Origin: Acidobacteriaceae bacterium
Lineage (GTDB): Bacteria > Acidobacteriota > Terriglobia > Terriglobales > Acidobacteriaceae
Assembly (NCBI GenBank): GCA_003169715.1
Contig: PNAR01000205.1
Location: forward strand, 1 to 40,890
DNA length: 40,890 bases
Direction: 5' to 3'
The notes beneath the pieces are model-generated. The model was not told where the DNA came from and ran no database searches. It worked only from the letters and a program-made list of their open reading frames with translations. The translations under genes and the position numbers were made by a program. This document shows, one piece after another, positions 17,181-25,467 of this stretch (positions within the stretch are counted from its first letter, which is position 1; each line of letters opens with the position of its first letter).

Positions 17181-17797
17181 TTACGGGAGTCGTTTGCATC
17201 GATGGGTGTGGACTGCCTCGGCGATGGGTCATTAATCGCCTCTTTCTGCTTCAGCTTTTCCATGGCTTTTTGTGCTTCTCCTGCGGAGGGTCCGTGCGGC
17301 AGGATCTTCAAGTAGTTCTGATAGTGTGCCACTGCCTGCGGTGCATCGTTTGTTTTCTCAAACGCCTGCCCTAAACGAAAGTTGGCTTCGGCGTCGTTGT
17401 CCTTCCACAGCAATGCATCCTGATACCGGGCGATGGCAGCGCGATAATTCTTTCGCTTGAAGTAAAAGTCGCCGACCTCGACATCCTTGGCGGCTTTGTG
17501 GGGATCCCAGGGGTGAAATGATGGCGAGTCCGTTGATGCGTCCCCCACATCTGACTCGGACGCATCGCTGAAAGGATGATCCTTGGCATCATCTTTCGGA
17601 GGGCTCAAATCAATTTTCGTATCTCGACTGGAACTTTCTCCCGCCTCTTTATCGCGGTCGTAACGCGGCGGGGCCTGATTCTGTCCCGGGGCCTTGTCCG
17701 GGTGGGGAACTTCTTCAATCTGGGCCGCAGAGTGCCTGGGAAGGAACGCCAACGCAAACAGCAGCGCTAGAACTACCGGAAATACTCTTCGGAACAT
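17177..17797 (-). CDS. Secreted TPR-repeat protein
   Basis: Signal peptide MFRRVFPVVLALLFALAFLPRHSAA, an acidic/Pro-rich linker, then TPR-like helices (GDFYFKRKNYRAAIARYQDALLWKDNDAEANFRLGQAFEK...AVAHYQNYLKI). Confidence 0.75.
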   Translation of the reverse strand: MFRRVFPVVLALLFALAFLPRHSAAQIEEVPHPDKAPGQNQAPPRYDRDKEAGESSSRDTKIDLSPPKDDAKDHPFSDASESDVGDASTDSPSFHPWDPHKAAKDVEVGDFYFKRKNYRAAIARYQDALLWKDNDAEANFRLGQAFEKTNDAPQAVAHYQNYLKILPHGPSAGEAQKAMEKLKQKEAINDPSPRQSTPIDANDSRK

Positions 17798-17913
17798 GCT
17801 TACATTTTACCCCGACTCGGGGCCAAGTGATGCGACGCTCCTCCGCTTCGGTCGGATGACAAGAGGCAGACTTAGCAAGCTGCGTCTGTGCTGTGGATCA
17901 TCTCTCAATGCCG

Positions 17914-18669
17914 TCACTTCATTCCATTCAAAATTGATCCGACGATCCCCCCAACGACTCCTCCCTGGGCAGATTCCCTTGACGGGGAGGGCATGTATTC
18001 CATCAACTGATGCGCTAATTTTGAGATTGGAAGAGTTTGCAGCCAGACTTTCCCCGGCCCAGTCAACGCTGCGAGAAAGATCCCATCGCCGCCGAAGATC
18101 ATATTCTTAATGCCTGGAATTCTCGTGATTTGAAAAGAAACATTCGCTTCAAATGCCCCGACATGTCCCGGATGAACTCTTAGGACTTCGCCCGGCCTTA
18201 GCTCCTTCAGGATCACCTCACCTGATAGTTCTAACCACGCAGTGCCTTGCCCGCTGATCTTTTGCAGCAGGAATCCATCGCCGCCGAAGACCCCTGCACC
18301 GAGCGATTGCTGGAAACCAACTCCAATCTGAATCTGCAGCGTCGCGCACAGAAAGCCATGCCGATGCACCATGTGTTCGTGCCCTGGGCCGATCTCAACC
18401 GGCAAGATGTGTCCCGGCACTTTGGTGGCGAAAGCGATCTCGCCGCTAGCGCCAGTGGCTCGATATTCGGTCATGAAAAGCGTCCCGCCGCCGGCAACTC
18501 TTCGCAGCACTCCGAAGATTCCACCGCCCCCGCCGAGTTGCGTGTGGGTCATGAGCTGGATGGAGCTGCTCATCCAGGAGAGTTCTCCCGCCTCGGAGAT
18601 GACCGACTCATTGGGTTCCAGGGTGAATTCGAGGACGGGCATGGTTGTGCCAGTGATGCGACTCTGCAT
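17914..18669 (-). CDS. AIM24/TIGR00266-family protein (unknown function)
   Basis: PVLEFTLEPNESVISEAGELSWMSSSIQ and repeated beta-rich blocks with GGDGF are typical of the AIM24 (DUF124) family. AGGAG lies 6 nt upstream of the ATG at 18669. Confidence 0.75.
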   Translation of the reverse strand: MQSRITGTTMPVLEFTLEPNESVISEAGELSWMSSSIQLMTHTQLGGGGGIFGVLRRVAGGGTLFMTEYRATGASGEIAFATKVPGHILPVEIGPGHEHMVHRHGFLCATLQIQIGVGFQQSLGAGVFGGDGFLLQKISGQGTAWLELSGEVILKELRPGEVLRVHPGHVGAFEANVSFQITRIPGIKNMIFGGDGIFLAALTGPGKVWLQTLPISKLAHQLMEYMPSPSRESAQGGVVGGIVGSILNGMK

Positions 18670-18888
18670 GATGTACTCCTGTGGAAGTGTTCTATGGCTT
18701 TGATACGACTCGAAAGTCAGGCTTCGCGAGCGAAGAAGTGAGTATATATCGTCACCCCCTGCGGAAATTCAGCAGTGCTGGAACAAAAAGAAGCTGACCT
18801 GTCGCGGTTTCAGCGAGTGGAGTTCGCGCCCTCGAGCGCTTTGGCTTAAGGAATCAGAATCCTTCTCTGCACACACTCCGAGTACCAC

Positions 18889-18907
18889 CTTGCGAAAACC
18901 TCGCAAG
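18889..18907. repeat. REP-like hairpin (CCTTGCG...CGCAAG family)
   Basis: CTTGCGA-aaacc-TCGCAAG. It shares its core with the element at 8166-8194. Confidence 0.5.
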
Positions 18908-18978
18908 TCGGGACTGCCTTACGCACTAACCACATACCCTTGGCAAAGCCTTTCTCTTGTCGAGGGCGCCCCCAGACT

Positions 18979-19710
18979 CTAAGCCGCAGTGTGCTGATAG
19001 TAATCGGTCGCCCAAATAGTCTGTTGAGGACAAGCAAAAACCGACACGTAATTTTCTTTCTTGCCCACCAGCCAAAGAATCACGTCCCGATGTTTCGAAG
19101 GATTAGAAACCGCTTTCCCTTTGGATGTGGAGTACTTCGCATAAACAATCTTGAAACCATTTGCGGCAAAACAATCGATCAATCCTTGAGGATTGAATAC
19201 GTGCAATCCATGGCCGTAGTAGCCATTAATCGGCGTGTGTAGCAGGTAATATCCGCCGAGGCGGACCATACGAAAACAATTTTCCAGGCATCGGGCGGTG
19301 TCGAACAGATGTTCCAAGCTTCCAATGTCGATCAATGTTCCGTATTTGTTGTATTCACACTCGGGTATTGGCCGGTTCATGTCATAGCGTAGGTCTGCGT
19401 GATCGTCGAAATAATCTACTGTGGTTGAGGGGTAGCCTTTCGCAACCAAGAACTCCGTGAGAGACATGTAATCGAAGTCTTTTGGCACCGGCCGGGACAA
19501 CTTACCCCGAGCAAAGGCGGTTAGACGACGCATCTTTCCTCCGGAGGCGAGGAACCGTCGTAATCTCGGAATAAACGGATTCGGCGGACGCGGCCCTCTG
19601 CTCTGCGCGTCCTCTATTCCTTGACATCCAAACGTGAGTACTGGAGCCTGCAAAAAGTCGGGTATTGCAAAAATCTCCCTATAAAACGGGAAGTGCCATT
19701 TCAGTACCAT
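18979..19710 (-). CDS. Putative class I SAM-dependent methyltransferase-like protein
   Basis: 243-aa ORF. VLTFGCQG resembles SAM motif I, and LIDIGSLEHLFDTARCLENCFRMVRLGGYYLLHTP resembles motifs post-II/III of Methyltransf_11/23-type enzymes. Weak, motif-level only. Confidence 0.45.
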   Translation of the reverse strand: MVLKWHFPFYREIFAIPDFLQAPVLTFGCQGIEDAQSRGPRPPNPFIPRLRRFLASGGKMRRLTAFARGKLSRPVPKDFDYMSLTEFLVAKGYPSTTVDYFDDHADLRYDMNRPIPECEYNKYGTLIDIGSLEHLFDTARCLENCFRMVRLGGYYLLHTPINGYYGHGLHVFNPQGLIDCFAANGFKIVYAKYSTSKGKAVSNPSKHRDVILWLVGKKENYVSVFACPQQTIWATDYYQHTAA

Positions 19711-19954
19711 CGGTATTCCTCATTGGCCGTTAACCTTCGTCTTGCCGAGCAAGAAAGTTTAGCACGCAGGAACCCGGGGAACACTGGACGTTCGTAGTAT
19801 TCGGAACTGGCAATGAAGAGCTGATGGCCGACGTTACGCTGGTTTAAATGGGCGTCTACATCTGCTGCGTTTGCCGGATGTGCGGCCTCCCCCGAGGCGG
19901 GCGGTGCGCCCCTCCATTCCAAAACCGGAAATCTGTCTCAACTATTTTGTCCAT

Positions 19955-19991
19955 TAAAAAAATGGCCGCTCCACGGGGGAATGGAGCGGCC
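19955..19991 (-). terminator. Intrinsic terminator of the OmpA-like gene
   Basis: GGCCGCTCCA (19964-19973) pairs with TGGAGCGGCC (19982-19991), a perfect 10-bp stem. On the minus strand it is followed by T8, seen as the plus-strand A-run at 19955-19962. Confidence 0.85.
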
Positions 19992-20028
19992 AGTGTTGGC
20001 GAAATCCTCCGGAGAGGAGGCAAATGTC

Positions 20029-20769
20029 CTACATTGACGGCGGCGCTGCCTGATTAGTCGCAGCCGGTTGCTGTGACGGTGTCCCACCCTCTGCCGTGTT
20101 GCTCATTAAATGAACATCAACGCGGCGATTGGCGGCACGTCCTGCACGAGTTTTGTTGGTGTCTACCGGTTTATCTTTACCGAGCCCGATCAAATAAATC
20201 TTGTGAGCGGGTATCCCGTGCTCTGACGCCAGGTACTGAATCACAGCATCTGCTCTGCGCTGGCTCAGTCCGTAGTTATAGTCTGCGCTTCCGACCGAGT
20301 CGGTCGCACCTTCCACGGTTAAAATGTAGCCCTTTGTGTTAGGGACGGCTTCGGCCATCTTGTCCAAATCTTCCCGGGCCTCTTTCGTCAAACTGTCTCT
20401 ATTGAATCCGAAATGAACCGAGGCGGTACTAACCTCCCGATAATTGTCGAGATTGGCGACCGTATTTTGCAGCACGTTTACGCGGTTGACCGCATTGTCA
20501 GCCTGGGTTTGGGCCTCGGTTGCCTGTTGTCCGGCAGCCTGAGCCTTCTGGTCAACTTCGGCCGCCTTGGCCTGCACCTGCTGAATTCCAGCCTGAGCGC
20601 GCGCGTCCATGTCTTTAATGTCTTTAGTGTTCTTTGCGGTCATGTCGTCCAGCTCGTTGGTCTTGTTGATCAACGGAGTCGTCTGGTTGCGGACATAATT
20701 CTTGCTCGAACAACCTACCGTCGCCGCCATGGTAGCCGCCAACAAAATTATTAACGAAGTGCGATTCAT
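20029..20769 (-). CDS. OmpA-domain lipoprotein with coiled-coil linker
   Basis: Lipobox LAATMAATVGC, a Q/A-rich coiled-coil segment, and a C-terminal OmpA_C peptidoglycan-binding motif GATDSVGSADYNYGLSQRRADAVIQYL...NRRVDVHL. Confidence 0.85.
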   Translation of the reverse strand: MNRTSLIILLAATMAATVGCSSKNYVRNQTTPLINKTNELDDMTAKNTKDIKDMDARAQAGIQQVQAKAAEVDQKAQAAGQQATEAQTQADNAVNRVNVLQNTVANLDNYREVSTASVHFGFNRDSLTKEAREDLDKMAEAVPNTKGYILTVEGATDSVGSADYNYGLSQRRADAVIQYLASEHGIPAHKIYLIGLGKDKPVDTNKTRAGRAANRRVDVHLMSNTAEGGTPSQQPAATNQAAPPSM

Positions 20770-21065
20770 CTTTGAGGGCTCCTTCCTCTAGTTTCGTAAA
20801 GAACCTTTTTGCGTACAGAACCTTCGATGCGAACAGCGGTCTGCGGGTTCATTCCGCTTTGTTCGCTATTGTACTGTGCACGAGCGATGCCAACCGAAGC
20901 AATAGCTACGATGGCACCTAATCAATAGATATTGAACTAGTTACTGGCGCGCAAAACTTTGCGAAGCGGGCCGGCGAATTAAACTCGAGGGAAAATTTTA
21001 TACGATCCCGCTCACGTTTGAATCACCGTCGCCGCTCGCTGTCTCTAATAAAATAGATCAGTCAA

Positions 21066-23000
21066 ATGGATTTCCCTGCCAAAATTCGCTCCCTGCCTAC
21101 TTCGGCCGGAGTGTATCTATACAAGAATGCGGAAGGCGATGTCATTTACGTCGGCAAGGCGGGGAACTTACGCAATCGCGTCAGCTCATATTTCCACCAA
21201 AGCCGCGTGCAGGACGCGAAAACTGACACCCTGGTGCGCGAGGCGGTAGACGTTGACTACATCGTTGTCGCCAATGTCAAAGAAGCGTTGGCGCTCGAGA
21301 ATCACCTCATCAAACAGAAGAAACCGCGTTTCAACATCCTGCTGCGAGATGACAAGACTTATCCATATGTAAAGCTAACCTTGGCCGAACGCTTTCCCCG
21401 CGTTTACGTGACTCGCCGTCTTAGCAAGGATGGCGCGGCTTACTACGGCCCCTACTTTCCAACCAGTCTTGCGTACCGGCTGGTGGACTTAATTCATCGC
21501 CACTTTCTGATTCCATCCTGCAAAGTGGATCTGGGACACTTCCATCCGAGAGCTTGCCTTCAGTACTACATTGGGCGTTGCCTCGGCCCGTGCGTCGAGG
21601 GACTCGGTACTCCGGAGGCTTATCAGGAAGCGGTACGGGATGTGAAACTGTTTCTCGAAGGCCGGCCTACTGATCTCTCTCGATCTCTGCGGGAACGGAT
21701 GGAGAAAGCCGCGCAAGCCCAGGAATTTGAACGTGCGTCGAAATATCGCGATTTGATTTCAACAGTCGAACAATTTCAGGAGAAGCAGCGGATTGCAACG
21801 GTCGAAGGCGACGACGCGGACGTGTTCGGTTACCACTATGAAAATGGAATGTTGGCGGTGAACTTATTTCATATGCGCGGCGGGCGCGTGCTCGATCGCA
21901 GAGAATTTTTTTGGGAAGACCTGCCAGAATTGAATAACGCCAATGGAGAGACGGGCGTCCCCGCCCGTCCAGATCAGAACTCGAATGCGCAAACCTTGAC
22001 GGGCGAGGACGCCCGTCTCTCCATTGATTCGTTCAATTCCGGTGATTCATTCAATCCCGGCGAATTCTTTTCTGCCCTGCTCAAGCAGCTTTACATCGGA
22101 CAGCCTTACGTTCCGCGAAACATCTATCTTCCGGTGGATTTCGAAGACCGCGCCACTCTCGAAGAAGTTCTGTCTGAGCAAATAACTAGGGATAACTCGC
22201 GACCGGCGCGCGTCCATCTGCTGGTTCCGCAACGTGGAGACAAGCGATCCCTTCTCGACTTGTCGGCGACCAATGCCAAGCAGTCTTACGATCAGCGCTT
22301 CCGAATCATGAAACCAAATACCAGGGCTATCCAGGAGGCTTTGCAAGATGCCCTCGGAGTTCCCGAACTTCCCGAGCGGATTGAATGTTTCGACATTTCG
22401 CACATTCAAGGCGCGGAAACGGTGGCTTCTATGGTGGTCTGGGAAGACGGGCGAATGAAGAAGTCCGATTATCGCAAATTCATCATTCGCAGCGTCGAAG
22501 GCGTGGATGACTTTGCTTCCATGCGCGAAGTCGTAACCCGGCGTTATAAACGCATTCATGACGAAAAGAAAAAAATGCCGAGTCTGATCTTGATTGATGG
22601 CGGATTGGGACAGTTACACGCCGCGGCCGAAGCGCTTGGAGCGTTGCAAATTATCAATCAGCCGCTCGCAGCTATCGCGAAACGCGAGGAAATCATTTAT
22701 GTTTATGGGCAGGAAGATGATCCGGTGGTTCTCGACCATCATTCGCCGATGCTTCATCTGATTCAGTTAATCCGGGATGAAGCACATCGCTTTGCGGTGA
22801 CATTCCATCGCAAGCGGCGTCAGATGCGTGACCGCGCAACGGAATTGCGCGAAATTCCTGGCGTAGGCATAAGGACCACCCGTCGCCTACTCGAGCATTT
22901 TGGAAGCGTGCAAGCCGTAAAACAGGCCGACGTCGCGGCGTTATCCGCGGTGGTTACACGAAGTCAGGCGGAAGCGATTCTTGGGCATTTTCAGAAGTAG
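21066..23000 (+). CDS. uvrC: Excinuclease ABC subunit C
   Basis: GIY-YIG N-terminus (GVYLYKNAEGDVIYVGKAGNLRNRVSSY), a UVR domain (QEFERASKYRDLISTV), the RNase H-like endonuclease region (IECFDISHIQG) and C-terminal HhH2 (IPGVGIRTTRRLLEHFGS). 644 aa. Confidence 0.95.
   Translation: MDFPAKIRSLPTSAGVYLYKNAEGDVIYVGKAGNLRNRVSSYFHQSRVQDAKTDTLVREAVDVDYIVVANVKEALALENHLIKQKKPRFNILLRDDKTYPYVKLTLAERFPRVYVTRRLSKDGAAYYGPYFPTSLAYRLVDLIHRHFLIPSCKVDLGHFHPRACLQYYIGRCLGPCVEGLGTPEAYQEAVRDVKLFLEGRPTDLSRSLRERMEKAAQAQEFERASKYRDLISTVEQFQEKQRIATVEGDDADVFGYHYENGMLAVNLFHMRGGRVLDRREFFWEDLPELNNANGETGVPARPDQNSNAQTLTGEDARLSIDSFNSGDSFNPGEFFSALLKQLYIGQPYVPRNIYLPVDFEDRATLEEVLSEQITRDNSRPARVHLLVPQRGDKRSLLDLSATNAKQSYDQRFRIMKPNTRAIQEALQDALGVPELPERIECFDISHIQGAETVASMVVWEDGRMKKSDYRKFIIRSVEGVDDFASMREVVTRRYKRIHDEKKKMPSLILIDGGLGQLHAAAEALGALQIINQPLAAIAKREEIIYVYGQEDDPVVLDHHSPMLHLIQLIRDEAHRFAVTFHRKRRQMRDRATELREIPGVGIRTTRRLLEHFGSVQAVKQADVAALSAVVTRSQAEAILGHFQK
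21945..22022. repeat. Pair of REP-like hairpins inside the uvrC coding frame
   Basis: A perfect 16-bp inverted repeat, GGAGAGACGGGCGTCC (21945-21960) and GGACGCCCGTCTCTCC (22007-22022). Each arm also forms its own hairpin: GACGGGCG-tccc-CGCCCGTC (21950-21969) and GACGGGCG-agga-CGCCCGTC (21998-22017). Confidence 0.8.
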
Positions 23001-23001
23001 A

Positions 23002-23769
23002 TCATTGCGGTATTTTGATGGATGTCGCTGCGGCATCGCAGATCTGCGATTTCCTATCCTCGGATAAATGCGATTCCTCCAGAATTCCTCTGGCCACAGC
23101 CGCGGGAAGTGATCCCATCAGCTCTATCGCCACAGCAATCGGTATGTTGTCGTTCCGCAGCAAAGCGATCGTGATGTCAGTGCGAACTTTCCATTTTTGA
23201 TGAATGCAAAGTGCATTGATAAGCTGCGGGTCTGTGGTTCGCCTCGAAAGTTCCCTGATCACCACCCTTTCGGTGAGCCTCGAATTCTGAAGCGCTGCAT
23301 CAATCACTCGCGGTTCGGAGTCGCGCAACAAAGCCCCAGCCACTCGTCCCGAAGCACGACGCGCCAAGGAAAGCTTTTCTCCCAATGATAGTTTGTCCAG
23401 GCGATTGATCAGGCTCTCTTCGGCCGCTACCTTGATATCGGCCGCGATGGTTGGCACTAGCGCTACGCGCATCAGATCAAATGTAAACAGATGACGCAGC
23501 AGTGGCAGCAATACATGACGGGGTGTCTTAGGATGCTCGACCAAAGCCAGCTTCACTTTCCGGCTCTTCATCAAGCCGCTGTTCTTGCTAATCCTCTCCA
23601 GAGCGTCCCGTTCCAGATCCGGACGCTTCAATAAAGCCAGCGCAAGATCGTCGGATAATTCTGTATTGGAAGCGTGTGTTTTGACAGCTTCGACGTCGCC
23701 AGTCTCTCCTCCGCCGGGAGTTTCAGATTTTCTCTCGTCATTTTCGATTAGTTTTCGTTCCACGCTCAA
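23002..23769 (-). CDS. Hypothetical protein with LRV/HEAT-like helical repeats
   Basis: 255-aa ORF convergent with uvrC. Repeats of the type ALLRDSEPRVIDAALQNSRLTERVVIRELS. No enzymatic motif recognised. Confidence 0.5.
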   Translation of the reverse strand: MSVERKLIENDERKSETPGGGETGDVEAVKTHASNTELSDDLALALLKRPDLERDALERISKNSGLMKSRKVKLALVEHPKTPRHVLLPLLRHLFTFDLMRVALVPTIAADIKVAAEESLINRLDKLSLGEKLSLARRASGRVAGALLRDSEPRVIDAALQNSRLTERVVIRELSRRTTDPQLINALCIHQKWKVRTDITIALLRNDNIPIAVAIELMGSLPAAVARGILEESHLSEDRKSQICDAAATSIKIPQ

Positions 23770-23813
23770 AACCCCTGCGAGAAAAACCCTATCCCTTGTT
23801 ATTCCAAACAGCT

Positions 23814-24743
23814 TTAGCTGTGAGGAATCTGCTGTTTAATCCCACTCCTCGCTAAATCCAACGCTCCTCGAACCGGCTCGGCTATTTTGCCGTCTATCGC
23901 AACTTGCGGGCACGCCTGCTGCAACTCATCGCAGAAAGCCTCTCGCACCAATGCGCTGTTACGAAATACACCGCCGGACATGGCCACCGGAACTTCTCCG
24001 GCACCTGAAAAGAGCCTGCCGACGACAATCTTGGCGAGGGCCGCCAACTCTTCTCCCCCCCGGCGCAAGATGCCGCCAGCTAACTCGTCGCCTGAATCAG
24101 CGGCAATCAGTACCGCGGGGAACAAGGCAGCGAAATGCGCCGCAGGAGAAGTGTTCGCCTTCATCACGAGTGCATCACGAGTTTCAACATTCCAGGCCTT
24201 CATGACCGCGCGCAACAATAAGGCTCCCGAGCCAACACTCTCATCCTCGGCACGCAATGCAGCCATTAGAGCCGCGCGCCCAATCCAATGGCCAGATCCC
24301 TCATCCGAAACGGCAAATCCCCAGCCGCCGGCTCGCGCCGTTTGTCCACGAGCGTCGCGTCCGTAGGCAATGGAGCCTGTTCCGGCAATCACCACGACTC
24401 CATATCCTTGGCCAAAGGCCGCGTGCAAAGCAATTACCATATCTCCGACAATCCCAACGTCGCCTGAAATTATTTTCGCCAATATTTTGCGGACTATGCT
24501 CGCCACTTCTGGTCGTGCGGCTCCGGCAACTCCGACACAACAACGAGTGATCTGTCCGGGATCAATCTTTGCCGCGCTGCATGCTTCCTGAATGGCGTTC
24601 AACAAGGATGTTCTCGCCTCCGCTTCCCCAACCCGCAGCACATTGCTGGCTCCAGCCGTCCCTGAACCCAGTTCAGATTTTTCGTCGCCAATTACACACG
24701 ACGTCTTGGTTCCTCCGCCGTCAATTCCAAGAAAGATTGCCAT
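23814..24743 (-). CDS. BadF/BadG/BcrA/BcrD-type ATPase (N-acetylglucosamine kinase-like)
   Basis: MAIFLGIDGGGTKTSCVIGDE (ASKHA phosphate-1 motif), VVVIAGTGSIAYG and FAVSDEGSGHWIG motifs. Confidence 0.8.
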   Translation of the reverse strand: MAIFLGIDGGGTKTSCVIGDEKSELGSGTAGASNVLRVGEAEARTSLLNAIQEACSAAKIDPGQITRCCVGVAGAARPEVASIVRKILAKIISGDVGIVGDMVIALHAAFGQGYGVVVIAGTGSIAYGRDARGQTARAGGWGFAVSDEGSGHWIGRAALMAALRAEDESVGSGALLLRAVMKAWNVETRDALVMKANTSPAAHFAALFPAVLIAADSGDELAGGILRRGGEELAALAKIVVGRLFSGAGEVPVAMSGGVFRNSALVREAFCDELQQACPQVAIDGKIAEPVRGALDLARSGIKQQIPHS

Positions 24744-24875
24744 CAGCGTAGTTCTATCATTTTCCTAATGCGGATCCGCGCAAGCCATCACGAAACTATA
24801 GTGCACCTTTTTTGTTGCAATTTAACATTCCTGCAACATTTCCCCTACTATTATGTGAATTGGAGGCAATCTTAC

Positions 24876-25391
24876 TTGGCGACGCCGCGACCTTCGCAAT
24901 TCGCCCTGCCGCTGCAAGTAGCGGCCATCTGCTACCGCGTGCGCGAAAATGGCGTGCAGTTCTTACTCGTCAAGACTCGCGGAGGCAGCAAGTGGACTTT
25001 TCCTAAAGGCGACCCAGATCGCTCTCTGACGCATAGTCAGGCGGCCGAGCGGGAAGCGTGGGAGGAAGCCGGAGTGCATGGAATGATCGAGGGAAAGCAT
25101 TTCCATTTATATCTACACTCAAAAGGTGTTTTCTGGAAGCCGTCAGGAATCCGCGAATACGTAGTGAAGGCTTTTTTGCTTGAAGTAGACGAAGTAGGCG
25201 ACTCGCACGAAGATGATCGGAATCCAACCTGGTTCTCGGCTGACGATGCGAGAAATATCCTGGCGAAAGGCCGCCAGGCGAAATACGCAAAAGAGATTCA
25301 AGCCGTGGTGGACCGGGCACTTCATCACATCCAAGCACTTGCGACCGTACCAAGCCAGAAAACACAGAAAGATTTCCTATCCCGCGCTTAA
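24876..25391 (+). CDS. Nudix hydrolase
   Basis: Nudix box GDPDRSLTHSQAAEREAWEEAGV. The track ORF starts at 24768, but the in-frame TTG at 24876 has GGAGG 9 nt upstream and removes a non-homologous N-terminus. The start is uncertain. Confidence 0.75.
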   Translation: MATPRPSQFALPLQVAAICYRVRENGVQFLLVKTRGGSKWTFPKGDPDRSLTHSQAAEREAWEEAGVHGMIEGKHFHLYLHSKGVFWKPSGIREYVVKAFLLEVDEVGDSHEDDRNPTWFSADDARNILAKGRQAKYAKEIQAVVDRALHHIQALATVPSQKTQKDFLSRA

Positions 25392-25467
25392 GAATCTAAG
25401 CCACAATCTCTCCGCTCGTTCCGATGTGCATTCAAATCCCTTCTCATGAGACGATTGAATCAGTCGA

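Noticed and set aside
20818-20834. LexA-box-like direct repeat GAAC-n9-GAAC between the OmpA-like gene and uvrC
   Set aside because: The GTTC-n7-GTTC type box I recall for Acidobacterium and Alphaproteobacteria requires a 7-nt spacer, and here it is 9. The site is about 230 nt from the uvrC start. No such repeat lies upstream of dinB (8066-8140) either.
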